A stretch of DNA of 64,000 nt from Kondoa subrosea (GCA_039545335.1 BCIN01000007.1:1-64000); one strand, 5' to 3'. Counted from the first letter of the stretch, positions 39,420 through 52,135 are shown. The notes: generated by a model not told the origin, from the letters alone. Made by a program: numbers and translations.

Positions 39420-40856
39420 ATGAATGAACTGCCAATAGAGGTGATAAGCCTGATCGTTCACGAAATTGAAGATTGGCAATCTGAAAATGGGCAGATCTTC
39501 AGCCGCAGAAGTCAACTAGCTTCTCTGGCTCTGACATCCTCAACGACACATGGGGTCACTCTTCCTGCTTTGTATCATGAACTAGATGCTGGAGATCTCC
39601 GAAACGAAGCTCTTCTGCGAACTTTCAACAGAAATCCTTTACTAGCAGACCATTGCAAGATCGCTCATTGGCAGCTTGGTGCTTTTGTTCCGGGTGAAGA
39701 TTGGTATGCGTCGACTTATCCTTCTGTTCAGTCTCGCTACGAGGCGGTCAAGCTAGCAGTAGCTCAAGAGATAGTACTTCTGCATTTGGCTCTGTCAATC
39801 TTGGGTCGCTGCGTCAACCTAAAGAGTCTGAGTATCAATGTCAATGTAGAAGGATTGATGGGCTCGTCAATGTTGAAGGATATGATGCCTAAGCAAGAAC
39901 ATTTGGAGACACTTCCCTTCTCTTCAACGCTGAAGAGCTTTCGCCTTTCTGGTGCAATGCGAGGCGCCCCCGTTTATACAGCTGCTACTATCTGCGGATG
40001 GATAACATCATTCAACGAGCTGGAGTGTCTGAAAGTAACTGGTATTCCCTGTCTAAACGATCTGAGCAATTTCGATTGGTGTCCCACCAAACTTCGAAAG
40101 CTCGAGGTACTTCAGAATATGAATTACTCGTTGTCCTCCTCTGATCCATACTACCTCTTTGCAAGTCGAGTCTTGAATAACAATGCAGTTCAACTACAGC
40201 ATCTGGCTGTAGACTGCGATTATAGACTTAGCTCAGCCGATATATCGCCTCCTTCTTGCTCACTGAATAAAGTCAACGCCCAAATGCTGAGAAGGCTGGA
40301 CTTACACGCTGTGGTACCGAGTGCAAGCTACAATCTCACAGCTTGGCAAACACTCTTTGAATGCTGCCACAAAGTTCAAGATCTTCGTATTATCTCCAAA
40401 TATGATCAATATTGCTTGCTTCCGGAAACGTCACTACAATCTGCCCGCTTTTACAATATTCTGCTTCCAATCTTCCTCTCCTCGCCCATCACAACAAATT
40501 TGCAGACGTTGACCATCGATCAATGGGATCTCGATTCTGAACACCATCTCTTCCTTCCCATATTAAGCAATCTTGACACTTTTCCCAATCTCAAAACACT
40601 GCTCATCACCGCTTGCTCGAAAAATCCAGAGCCAATTTTCGATTGGATAACACCCGAAGAAGTGGATGCACGAGTTGAAGTCTTCTCTTCTTTCTTTCGA
40701 AGACAGCTTAAGAACTTACCAGAAGAGATTTCTACAATCGTTCAAGCGCGGTATTGGCATCGATTTGAAGTGAGGCGAATGAGCAATGGAAGCTTACAGC
40801 AAAGAGTGCCGGATCCAAGAGCTATTGATGAGGATTCAGGATGGGTTGATGCGTGA
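39420..40856 (+). CDS. F-box-like / RNI-like LRR protein, intronless
   Basis: 478-aa single ORF starting MNELPIEVISLI..LASLALTS..LPALY, with repeats such as NLKSLSI and NLQTLTI. Confidence 0.75.
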   Translation: MNELPIEVISLIVHEIEDWQSENGQIFSRRSQLASLALTSSTTHGVTLPALYHELDAGDLRNEALLRTFNRNPLLADHCKIAHWQLGAFVPGEDWYASTYPSVQSRYEAVKLAVAQEIVLLHLALSILGRCVNLKSLSINVNVEGLMGSSMLKDMMPKQEHLETLPFSSTLKSFRLSGAMRGAPVYTAATICGWITSFNELECLKVTGIPCLNDLSNFDWCPTKLRKLEVLQNMNYSLSSSDPYYLFASRVLNNNAVQLQHLAVDCDYRLSSADISPPSCSLNKVNAQMLRRLDLHAVVPSASYNLTAWQTLFECCHKVQDLRIISKYDQYCLLPETSLQSARFYNILLPIFLSSPITTNLQTLTIDQWDLDSEHHLFLPILSNLDTFPNLKTLLITACSKNPEPIFDWITPEEVDARVEVFSSFFRRQLKNLPEEISTIVQARYWHRFEVRRMSNGSLQQRVPDPRAIDEDSGWVDA

Positions 40857-41510
40857 AAGAAAGGAGTGAAGGGGGAAGGGTGAGAGTCGATCCAGGAAAG
40901 AGGGAATGAAGGATCCAACAATCAATAGATTCAACACTACTACCTGTTGCTTCATCCCTAGCCTTGGCGCTGCTTCTCCTTGTGCAAACTTCTTCATGTC
41001 ATCGGAGCAAGATAAGGTATGTTTTGGTCTTTTGGGATAATCTGTTGATGCTCATGGTGTCGGAGCAGGGTCTGACTCGTCTTCCGGCCCATGAAATGCG
41101 AAATGATACAGGCATACAGCCATACAATGCATACAGTACTACAACTTGTAGCTTCTTCGGCTTTCAAGCTCGCTGCAACCAGCTCATAACGGTTCGCCTA
41201 CGGACATGAGAGCAAGGAAATATCAAGCAGAAAGTACGGTAACCCTAGCTGTGACTTAGTTTGATTCAGTACGCTCAAACATAAATCCTGTTGGTTGCCT
41301 TACTACGTCGATACCTAAGACACTATACCCGTTGCTCAGCCTGTAGAAGGCTGCCGGAGCTACTTTATTGGTCTAGACGGCGCAAGAGGAGGAGGAGGCC
41401 CAGAGCTGGAATAACGGCCTTCGCATCAGTTGCATTTGGAAACCATTTATCGTAAGCCTCGCTCTACTCGGATCAGCTGCAATCTGACTGCCTGCCTGCT
41501 TGTAACAGCA

Positions 41511-42800
41511 ATGCATTCATTACCGAACGAGCTCGTCGCTGAAGTCTTCTCTCATATCTCTGGCCAAACTTCGGCAACTCTTGCAAAGCTATGCCTCGTT
41601 AACAAGAGCTTCTTCTGTCATGCTCGGCCTCTTCTCTATCAGCGCTTGTATCTCACCTATCCTATGGACAAGCTACTCGATACGCTATGTGCAAGCACAG
41701 CTGGAATTGAGTTGGGCGCAATGGTGAAGGAGGTCGATTGGGACATTAGGCTGCAACTGCGGTCACTATACACTGGGACCACTTGGCTAGATGTGGAGCT
41801 TCAAGCTGCGGCGCGCATAGCGGAATCCAAGGAACGCGCTCAATTGGCCATTTTGACTCTTTGCGCCAATGTGCAAAGGCTGCACATTAGCATCGATGAC
41901 GATAGGACGAGGGATATGTCAAATATGGGAGAGAAAGTACCGACGCCGAAGAGCAAAGACCTACTAGAACTACCGTTCCTTTCCTCACTAACTTTTCTGC
42001 ATCTTTCTTCTCCTGATTTCTCTTGTGCTGATTATCAAGGCTTCGGCCACCTTCTTGTGGCGGCTCCTGCACTGAGAACTTTATCCCTGCATCTCATTCG
42101 CGCTCAAACATTGTTCGATCCGATACAAGATCATCTGCGCAATCCAGCTGCACCTAGTCTTACTCTTTCGACTCTGATTCTGGACTATCAAGTCGACGAA
42201 GATGAAGATGGAGATCTGGAAAGTACCTCTGCGCTGTGGAAAATGATGAGTCTACCCACAGTCAAGACGCTGGAGATTCGAGGAGATCATCAGGTTTTCC
42301 TGGACGTCGCGGTTGACGATAGTCGCATTCTGGAAAACATCACTCATCTTGAAGTCGTTGAAGACATGCGATTCTGGATGGTAGCACCAATAGAGCGTGT
42401 CTTCCCTTCCTTGGTTCGGCTCGGGATATACCTTCGCAGACCTCCTACACTCGCCTTATTGAGTTCTAACTGGAATTTGGCTTCGCTAAAGTATTTGCAT
42501 CTGAGCCTCGGCTTCTTCCATCGTTCAGTACATCACGGCGAAGATACTTTCGACGCTTGTGATACTATTCGTCATTTTATTGATCCTGTCCGACATCCTG
42601 TTTTAGAAAGCCTGGACGTCGTCATAGAAGATAAAGAAGAAGAAGATCATGCGGGTCTCCCTGCGGAAGAAATGCTACAGATTTGGCGATGTTCAGACGC
42701 GAGTTCCTGTCGACTTACAATCACATTCAAGCGGTTAGGAGCAGCTGATATCACTTTTGACAGGCAGGATGATGGGTTCTTCAGGGTGAGGGAATATTGA
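41511..42800 (+). CDS. F-box / RNI-like LRR protein, intronless
   Basis: MHSLPNELVAEVFSHI..TLAKLCLVNKSFFCHARPLLYQ F-box followed by LRR-like repeats. Confidence 0.8.
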   Translation: MHSLPNELVAEVFSHISGQTSATLAKLCLVNKSFFCHARPLLYQRLYLTYPMDKLLDTLCASTAGIELGAMVKEVDWDIRLQLRSLYTGTTWLDVELQAAARIAESKERAQLAILTLCANVQRLHISIDDDRTRDMSNMGEKVPTPKSKDLLELPFLSSLTFLHLSSPDFSCADYQGFGHLLVAAPALRTLSLHLIRAQTLFDPIQDHLRNPAAPSLTLSTLILDYQVDEDEDGDLESTSALWKMMSLPTVKTLEIRGDHQVFLDVAVDDSRILENITHLEVVEDMRFWMVAPIERVFPSLVRLGIYLRRPPTLALLSSNWNLASLKYLHLSLGFFHRSVHHGEDTFDACDTIRHFIDPVRHPVLESLDVVIEDKEEEDHAGLPAEEMLQIWRCSDASSCRLTITFKRLGAADITFDRQDDGFFRVREY

Positions 42801-43023
42801 GGAACATCGATAGGGCTTTGCAATCAGCAAGAGCGTTACAAAGAATGGCGAGGTGGATCATTCGGTTGCCAAGGATTAGCAGCGCGGCTTATTGGATTGG
42901 ATCTGTATCGCTTTCTTTGTATTGCAAGTATCTTAGATCTCCTCGAGGAAACAGTGTGATCATAGCTTTTTCCAAATGTCCAAGGCAAATGGACATGCAA
43001 TATTTCGCTTGTCCACGACCGCG

Positions 43024-43836
43024 ATGAGCTCACTCGTATTCTACGATATTGCTTCAGCAGAACCGCTGCGGACCTTCGCACCTAACCCTTGGAAGACTCG
43101 CTACGCGCTGAACTTTAAGAAGCTGGACTATCGCACTGAATGGACTCGATTAGCTACTATCCCGGAAGTCTGTCAATCTCTAGGCATACCTGCAAATAGA
43201 ACACATCCAAATGGAAGTCCATATCATACTCTACCTGCCCTGCATGATATTGGCAACGGAAAGCAGATTGGCGACTCGTTTGAAATCGCTGTCTACCTGG
43301 ATACAGCTTTCCCTGATTCTCCTTCTCTCTTCTTGCCTGGTACCATTGGTCTGACTGCAGCTTTGAATGCGCAAGTCGATGACCTCTTTACAAGACATGT
43401 TGCTTTGTGCTCAAGAATGCCTATTGCACTGGACGAGATAGAAGAAGTCATGGCTAATTTCACGAAGCGTCTCTCTTTTACCTCTATAGCACCGCCACCT
43501 ACTCAAGCTCCGGAAGCAAAAGAAGCTTTGTTCAAGAACTTCGAGCAATCGTTGGGTCGTTTCAGTAAAGCTTACATGCATGTTGGAGGAACGACCGACC
43601 ATGTCTTACACTCTGCTGGCACATCCGCTGCTCAATTTCAAAGGTCGCCAAGGAGTGAAGTTGGGCCTTGGCTGGATGGTGATAAGCCTCGATATGGTGA
43701 TTTAATCGTTGGGGCTTGGCTTTCCATGTTTAGCGAGAGTTTGTCGGAAGAGGATTGGAAAAGGCTTCGCGGATTGCAAGATGGGTTGTGGGGTAGGATA
43801 TATGATGCGTTGGAGTCGTTGAGGCAAATGCGTTGA
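43024..43836 (+). CDS. Glutathione S-transferase, fungal etherase-like (GSTFuA/LigE-like) type, intronless
   Basis: VFYDIAS...FAPNPWKTRYALNFKKLDYRTEW, YHTLPALHD, IGDSFEIAVYLD and GPWLDGDKPRYGDLIVGAWL. Confidence 0.85.
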   Translation: MSSLVFYDIASAEPLRTFAPNPWKTRYALNFKKLDYRTEWTRLATIPEVCQSLGIPANRTHPNGSPYHTLPALHDIGNGKQIGDSFEIAVYLDTAFPDSPSLFLPGTIGLTAALNAQVDDLFTRHVALCSRMPIALDEIEEVMANFTKRLSFTSIAPPPTQAPEAKEALFKNFEQSLGRFSKAYMHVGGTTDHVLHSAGTSAAQFQRSPRSEVGPWLDGDKPRYGDLIVGAWLSMFSESLSEEDWKRLRGLQDGLWGRIYDALESLRQMR

Positions 43837-44650
43837 GGGGAATACAGTAGTGTGTCATTCCTTCGTTTGGCGCATCAATACTGATCTCTTTTGTTTAGAG
43901 GCATCTGCAATGTTTGCAAAAGGCTATCTTTAATCGAGCTGCGAGACAGGACACGTCTACTGCATTTTTTTATGAACCATCTCTCGAAGCATGCTCTCGT
44001 TATCTTGTTTCAGTCTTTGCGAACTTGTTTCTTTGTACTTCTACGCTTCAGTCGGCTCAGTGCTGGACCTCTTTCCCGTGACTCTGGTTTGTTCAATGTC
44101 TTTCTCCTCCAGTCCTGCTTGTCTACCGAGGCAAGTGGCGACTACTCAGCACGATAGATGCTTTAAGCTTTTCCGACAAGCTCTTATCATGTCATTTTCC
44201 CTCTATGCTTTCAGATCACCGCACAATTTGATAAGCCTGGATTTTGTAAGTGCTCGCTTTACTGAATAACTTTGGCAGAGTGTTTTAATCGCCTCTACGC
44301 GCTTTCTTGAGCGGATCTGACCCGCCTCACGCGCGAACACCACGATCTCCTAACAGAGGTTTATCGCGCACACCAATCATATTCGGGCGCTTCGTTCGCA
44401 TTTTATCCAAGTGCGTTCCATGAAGCTAGTTCGATACGGATAAGAGGATGCAGTCTGCTGTACTTTCAATAACATTATGGTTTTCAGGTAATTGCTTGAA
44501 AGAGGTTCGGATATGCGAATTGGTTGGTCTCAAAGCCCTAATTCGGCCTCCTTCGAATTTTTACATTGGGGACCCAGCAACGATTCTCCCTGATGACTGG
44601 CGACGTGCAAACCAGGGCAAAAAGGGAAAGCAGGCCTGTGGAAGACCAGC

Positions 44651-44655
44651 AAAAA
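44651..44655 (-). terminator. RNA polymerase III oligo-T terminator of the tRNA gene
   Basis: TTTTT on the minus strand 5 nt after the discriminator base. Confidence 0.7.
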
Positions 44656-44660
44656 GAAGA

Positions 44661-44798
44661 AGGACCCAATGTGGTTTGAACACATGACTACAGATGGATG
44701 TAAGAACTTGTCGACGAAATTGATTTGCATCGAACGTACCCTGCCGCTATCGCTGTACATGACTGCAGGCGGCCGCTCTACCACTGAGCTATAAATCC
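44661..44798 (-). tRNA. tRNA-Cys(GCA) gene with two insertions: 14-nt tRNA intron (44749-44762) and 52-nt spliceosomal-type intron (44688-44739)
   Basis: After removing both: GGATTTA TA GCTC AGTGGTA GAGC G GCCGC CTGCAGA GCGGC AGGTC ATGTG TTCAAAC CACAT TGGGTCC T. All four stems pair, the A and B boxes are present, and U73 is the discriminator expected for Cys. Confidence 0.88.
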
Positions 44799-44952
44799 CG
44801 CGGCATATATTGCACAATTGTTGTCAATTCCAATTGAGCAATTTTGATTTGCGATAGAATCGACGATTTCTGTTTCTGTTCCTATAATCTTACATTTGTA
44901 AGATATGCGGGCCATTTTCCTGTCGCAAGTGAAGCCAACCGAGGATCTTCTT

Positions 44953-45531
44953 TCATCTCGTTTCATTAAGAAGCATGAATGGAAAATCTCCTTTTGTCGA
45001 ATCTCGTTTCATGCGTTTCCTCGCTCGTTGAATATCGCCGCCAAGTGGTACTCCTCTCTCTACAAGCCAGTGGGATGAACAATAGCTAACTGTTTGAGCA
45101 TAATTGATGCCTTCTGTGAAATCAATTGTTTGCAAGCATTGTCCCAATTCCTGACCACTCGCTTTGGCTATCATCTCAATACATGTCTTTACAGTCAGTT
45201 CGCGCTTTGCTAAGCACTGACAGAGCTTGCGCATGAATGAATCGAGGAGATCGTAATAGTGAATCGGCAAGCGGCTGCTTTGACTCCGGTCTACTCTCGC
45301 TTGACCTGATTCTCTCGTTCCTTGAGCTCAGATTAATCACTAACCCAACAGTCGTTCGGGTCACATCAATATGTCCGACTCCCTCAATTGATTGCGCTCT
45401 GTTCCAGCCAATATTGGTACGCGAAGAACATCATGTTGGGCTTCAGGCGACGAACACCATGTTGAGAAATACGAACTGATAGATTTGCTTGGATCAATGA
45501 GAGTGTAAGGTGGGAATTTGCGGGTCAACAT
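44953..45531 (-). CDS. Possible short multi-exon hypothetical protein; structure unresolved
   Basis: ATG at 45531 (MLTRKFPPYTLID), overlapping open frames and GT..AG segments. No domain recognised. Confidence 0.3.
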
Positions 45532-45719
45532 CGCGAGACAATCGAATTAGATGGACGAAGAAACGGGAACAGGACGATAAGAAGAAGAGCAAGAATTGAG
45601 CAAACAATGATTTGCGCGTTGTAGAGAGAGTTGTAATGGCTGCATTGTTTTGGACACTTTGTTTCATTTTGATCCTTTAGTACATAATTCCGTTTTCAGG
45701 CTTCTTCACCTTTGCCATC

Positions 45720-46582
45720 TCAAGTTGAGTGCACAACACTAGTAGCGTTGGCCGAAACACCGCAAGACATCATTTGCTGAACTTGTGAAGTAATGTTGCC
45801 TAAAGCAGCTTCATCTGCAGATAAAGATTGTCTCAGTTTTTCGACTCATGACATCCTTGGATGAAAGACAAGAACGTACGGACTGCCTGGAATGCGCCAG
45901 CGGAAGTAGTTGTGTTACTACTGCAGATCACAACATCCCATACAAGTAAAGTTTGACAATCAGTGACCGGATAACTCCTTCATACCAATCATTCATAAGT
46001 ATACTACCATCAGCAACGGAGAGAACACATACTGCAAATGCTCCAAGTAGGAATAAAGAGTCACATTGCCCAATGCAGCAAACGATAATGGAGCATTAAC
46101 AAATTCCCACATTTGCGAATAGGCGCCAGTTGAGTTGGTTGAGTTGAAAGCGATCAATCTTTCGACTAAGACTTCACCGGCTGCTGAGATTGTTCGAGTA
46201 GCACTGTATGAGATCTATGTTAGATGTATATCGGAAACAGGAATTCGAGATAACGAAACTTGATTGCATTCGCTGAACCTGTTGTGTTGACTATCGGTGA
46301 TTGCCAGGAGATATCTTGGACTGTATAGACCTCAGTTAGATAGATGTCGAGGCTCGCGACAGTAGATACTAACAAACACCAGTCAAGCTATACGAAATCA
46401 GCTCGGTACTAAAGATACAAGGATGAAACCTACTTGGAGATCTGTTTAGCATTTGTCCCAATACTGGCTACAGTAGTCAAGTTGGACAAAGACCCTTGCG
46501 AGCAAGTATAGTTCTTCAAAGAAGTAGCAGATTGGGCCAGAACAGCGGCAGGTAAGAGTAAAGCAGCAAAGGAGATCCTCAT
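45720..46582 (-). CDS. Small secreted protein, multi-exon
   Basis: Signal peptide MRISFAALLLPAAVLA, several N-x-S/T sites, and a last exon ending ...MSCGVSANATSVVHST*. Confidence 0.65.
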
Positions 46583-46941
46583 CGTAGTAGTGGTTGACGA
46601 AAGAAGACCGTACGAGTATGGGAAAGACAAGAATAGAATAAGCATTAAGAGAGACATTGAGGGGCAATCAGAAAGTCGAGACTTGAGCGGGAGAACTGCA
46701 AACTAGAAGCGCGCCAATGAGCAAGTATCAATGCGGCGAAGATGTACCTTACCTTGTGCAGGCTAACAAGTGCCGAGTGGAACAGAGCGATAAGGTTTTG
46801 AGACCACAAAGCATAAAAAGAAGTGAAAGCAAAGAATGAAGATCATACAACCAATGGCGTTAATATCCATTACAAACGGTAAGGTGAATACAAGTAAAAA
46901 GGAGAATACGAAAGAACAACCAGCCAGCACAACTCTTCCTT

Positions 46942-47723
46942 CTATTTGGACGAAGAGTATTCTGTAAACACAACAGGTTAGCATAGTCTGTGAGCGAGAG
47001 AAGATCTGATTTACTAGTAACACCCTCTGCAACGAATAGGTTAGCGTGTTATCAAAGTCGTGGAAGAAGATGTTACGAACTTGTTCCTTCAGAAATAGCA
47101 TGCTTGGAAAGTTCACCAGGCAAGATCAAACGAACGGCAGTCTGGATTTCACGAGAGGAGATGGTAGACTTCTTGTTGTATTGAGCGAGTTTGGAAGCTT
47201 CGGTAGCTGCACTCGTTATGAGCGATAGACTATAACACGAAATCATGCAAGCATACCGATACGTTCGAAGATATCGTTGACGAAAGAGTTGAGGATCAAC
47301 ATGGCCTTGTTAGAGATACCAGTGCTGAGAATAGGCATGAGCGAGAAACACAAAAGACGCGTCCAAAGACCTAGCAACGTACTCTGGGTGAACTTGCTTA
47401 AGAACTTTGTAAATGTAGGTAGAGTAAGTTTCCTTTCTAGTCTTGTTTCTCTTCTTCTTCTTCTCGCCATCAGCTGGTGCAGCTTTGGTCTTCTTGGCTG
47501 CAGTAGTCTAGCGCGAAGAAAACAAAACACAATGAGTCTGTGAGGCGAACAATGCATCTGACTCGAGGACTAACCTTTTTGGCTGCAGTGGTCTTGGAGG
47601 CAGGTGCTTTGCCAGCGGTAGAGGCAGGCTTCTTTTCTATAAAGAGCGACCAAAAAACATTGAGCATGAGATTGGAAACATGAAAGCGCGATTGAACATA
47701 CCGGCAGCAGCTTTAGGAGGCAT
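46942..47723 (-). CDS. HTB1: Histone H2B (6 introns)
   Basis: MPPKAAAEKKPAS...[48 protein letters not shown]...[36 protein letters not shown]. Confidence 0.97.
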
Positions 47724-48101
47724 GGTTGATTGATTGAAAGTGGTAGTAGAGAGAAGCGTGTGTAGGGTTGATTTGAACGTCAGGGTTAAGGAAAAGAGAG
47801 GATTGGAGATCACGCGAAGGAATCCGTTTGTTGTTTATTTGTTTTTATCGAGATAAACTATAATACTACAGAGCGATTATTCGCAAAAAAAATTCCTCCT
47901 GCTCTGGCTCCTGCGCGTGCCTATGTGCCTATGTGCTGAATATAATGAATGATAGGGCATATCTAAATCGTTAATGCGAAACGTCCGAATTAGAATTACC
48001 GTTGATTAAAGGAAAGACATGAGATGGGAAACAGAAGAGCGCAGGGGTTCAATATGATGCAGCAAGGAATAGCTGTTTTGGGATTGCATGTATAGTAAAG
48101 A

Positions 48102-49757
<1,656 letters not shown>

Positions 49758-49963
49758 TGCTGGCTTTCAAGGGACTGCAAAGGTGTTGGTGTAAGAATAC
49801 GTAGGCAAAGTCATCAAATTAGACTATGACTTCACGCGGTCCGGTGGAGCGATAAGCAAAAAATCGCAGAGAAACGCGAGCAGAAATGTAGAACGTGTGT
49901 ATTACATGCTGGTATGTCATGCTATTCTTCGAAAAGTCCCAGAACCAATGTCCTTTGAACAAA

Positions 49964-51688
49964 TCATGCCAATGAAGCATCATTACGAGTTGCCGTGTAA
50001 GCGTGACCCTTCGTAGCTACAGAGGCCTGAGTGTCATGGACTGGCAGAAGACCGCTTTTGTTCTGTTGCGTCCCATGCCGCGTTGTAATTCGAGGTTCGT
50101 AAGGAAGATGACAATCTTGATGTGTGAGACATGGGTAATACAGGCGATAGCTCTGTTCAAGAGCTCAGTCACAGTTCAGTGCGCTTTTTAAAGGACTCAC
50201 GAAGTAGGCAAGCGAAAACCCGAGTCCAGAACCAGCAAAGACATCGCTCTGTCAAACGGTTCACAGAATGTCCAACAGGAATGGACAGTCTCGCGCACCG
50301 CATGATGTCTGTAATCCATAGTACGAGTGACCGCAATCAAAGCCTATGCTCGTGAGATCAGCTTCCAAAAGACATTTGCGAGGCTGAAGACGTACAGCTA
50401 TAATGAGCGGAGTAACGATAATCCAAGCAGGAGAAGTCTATCAGAAGTTGACGTCTTCGAAACATGCTAAAGAAGCATCTAACTGACGTATCCTCTTCGA
50501 TCAAAAACATCTGTGAATGGAAATCCAATTCAGCTGAAATCGTCAGTTGTGCTCAAAGCTCAACTCACGTAGTTTCCCACCGAGATATAGCGAGAGAAAG
50601 CCCAGACCAGCAAAAGCAGCTGTATAAGAGTGAGCTAACTTTCGTACCTTGAGACAATGGCAAACTGACAACTAGAATGTCCAGAAGGGAAACTTCCTGT
50701 ACGTTCCAAGAACACAACCCGCATCAGAACAGGTCTGATGGCATTCGTCTCAGCGTACGAAACCCATCTTTCAAGTCTTGAGTATTCGTGCATATCCGCC
50801 AAGTCGAAAGTCCATACATAGCAGCATCGACAGCTCCATCAATAGGGATACATCGCCTATCGTGTGTATTAGTGGACCACTTGGGTGATCAAAGAAAGAC
50901 TTACGCAATGAGATCTGGCCGAGGTCGACCAACAGTCAATTTGAGCGCGTCCGTGCAAACCCAAGTGATGGCTTGAGATCTACATTCCAGCATCAGTGAT
51001 TACTCTTGAGGACACAGATTCGACTGACAGGACAAGACCCAGCAGTGCTACATGACTGTTTCAACGAATCAGCTTCGGTCTAGATTTTCGAATAGCAAGA
51101 CTGACAAATGCCAGAAGGAGCGAGAAACGCCCAAGCCTATGATAGCGAAGCATATAACAGGTATCAAACCAGCGCAAACAGCTAGTAGCCACATCGGTAT
51201 TCGTCCAGTTTCAGCATGTCTAAGCGCAACGAATGAGAAAGCAGTTCGGGTGAAGGTGAAAAGAAGTCAACCAACGGGTATTGAAGACTTGTATCCGTCA
51301 AAGAGAACTGTCTTCTGTCTGCACCTTTCATTAGTATTTGCTGTACCACCGATGCAAACTCACAACCATCTTTTTCATCTATCCTGTTCGTTTAATTGGC
51401 TTGAGCAGAGGTCGACATTGTGAAAAGGTACAAACTAACAATGCGAAGACAAGCCATAAGATTCCAGTCAAAATCCTATGCATTTCTCAGCTTCCAATGG
51501 TCTCAAACTCAGCTGGACGGGAACTGACCAATCAGCTGAATAAGAGAATACGAGCTGTTTGAGTTTCTGTCGATCTATAGCAGGTCTATCGGTCGGTGGT
51601 CGAAGATGTGTCCAGACCTGTGTTTCACCAACTTGATTGAGTTGCTGCTTTCGCGCTTAACATGCGATTGGTAACGAACTTTCACCAT
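49964..51688 (-). CDS. PAP2-family lipid phosphate phosphatase (Dpp1-like), tandem copy 1
   Basis: Spliced: YSADW..RRQFSLTDTSL, KLTVGRPRPD (C1), SFPSGHSS (C2), VTRTMDYRHHASDV (C3). Missed by the ORF track because the exons are short. Confidence 0.88.
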
Positions 51689-52135
51689 CGGACTCTTATC
51701 GCTTCAGTATATCTTTTGAGCTGATATCAGCAAGGAGAAGAGCCGTCTCCAGGAGAATGCAGGCTAATGCAGAAGAGTGAAACACCGGCGAAAGCAGGGC
51801 AACGCCTCGTCTTCAAAGCACAGGCGACAACTGACACAAGATAACACAGACAAAGCAAGCTAGAGCTGTAATTTGGCAGCTTGACAGAAAATCGAGAAAT
51901 GAATCATTTCGCTTGTCAATCCACGCCAAGCATTTGCAAAGCACTGCCGCGGAGCTGATTACGTAACAGGTCGCTCGATACACATGATCAGAAGTGATGG
52001 AAGCGCTAATCAGGAGAAGGTGATTGATACGAGAAAACGAGTGCTATTCTATGCAATGCGTAAAGTAATGTCATAAATAAAAGTCCTTCCCTTTCTGCAT
52101 TCCCACACTATTCCCACTCTTGCTAGAGCGCTATC

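Noticed and set aside
40996..41209. Short spliced ORF (MSSEQDK|GLTRLP...) between F-box genes
   Set aside because: The intron signals are plausible, but the product is short and featureless and may be UTR or a relic.
43890..44421. Possible small minus-strand gene downstream of the tRNA
   Set aside because: Splice-like signals are present, but I could not assemble a convincing reading frame.
44716..44739. GTACG-TTCGATG-CAAAT inside the 52-nt insert as an alternative T arm, which would make the intron unnecessary
   Set aside because: The flanks do not form a stem and what follows cannot pair with GGATTTA. The true T arm and acceptor 3' strand are at 44661-44685.
44530..44817. 95-aa minus-strand ORF spanning the tRNA
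   Set aside because: It has a non-ATG start and no protein features, and the tRNA structure fully explains the sequence.
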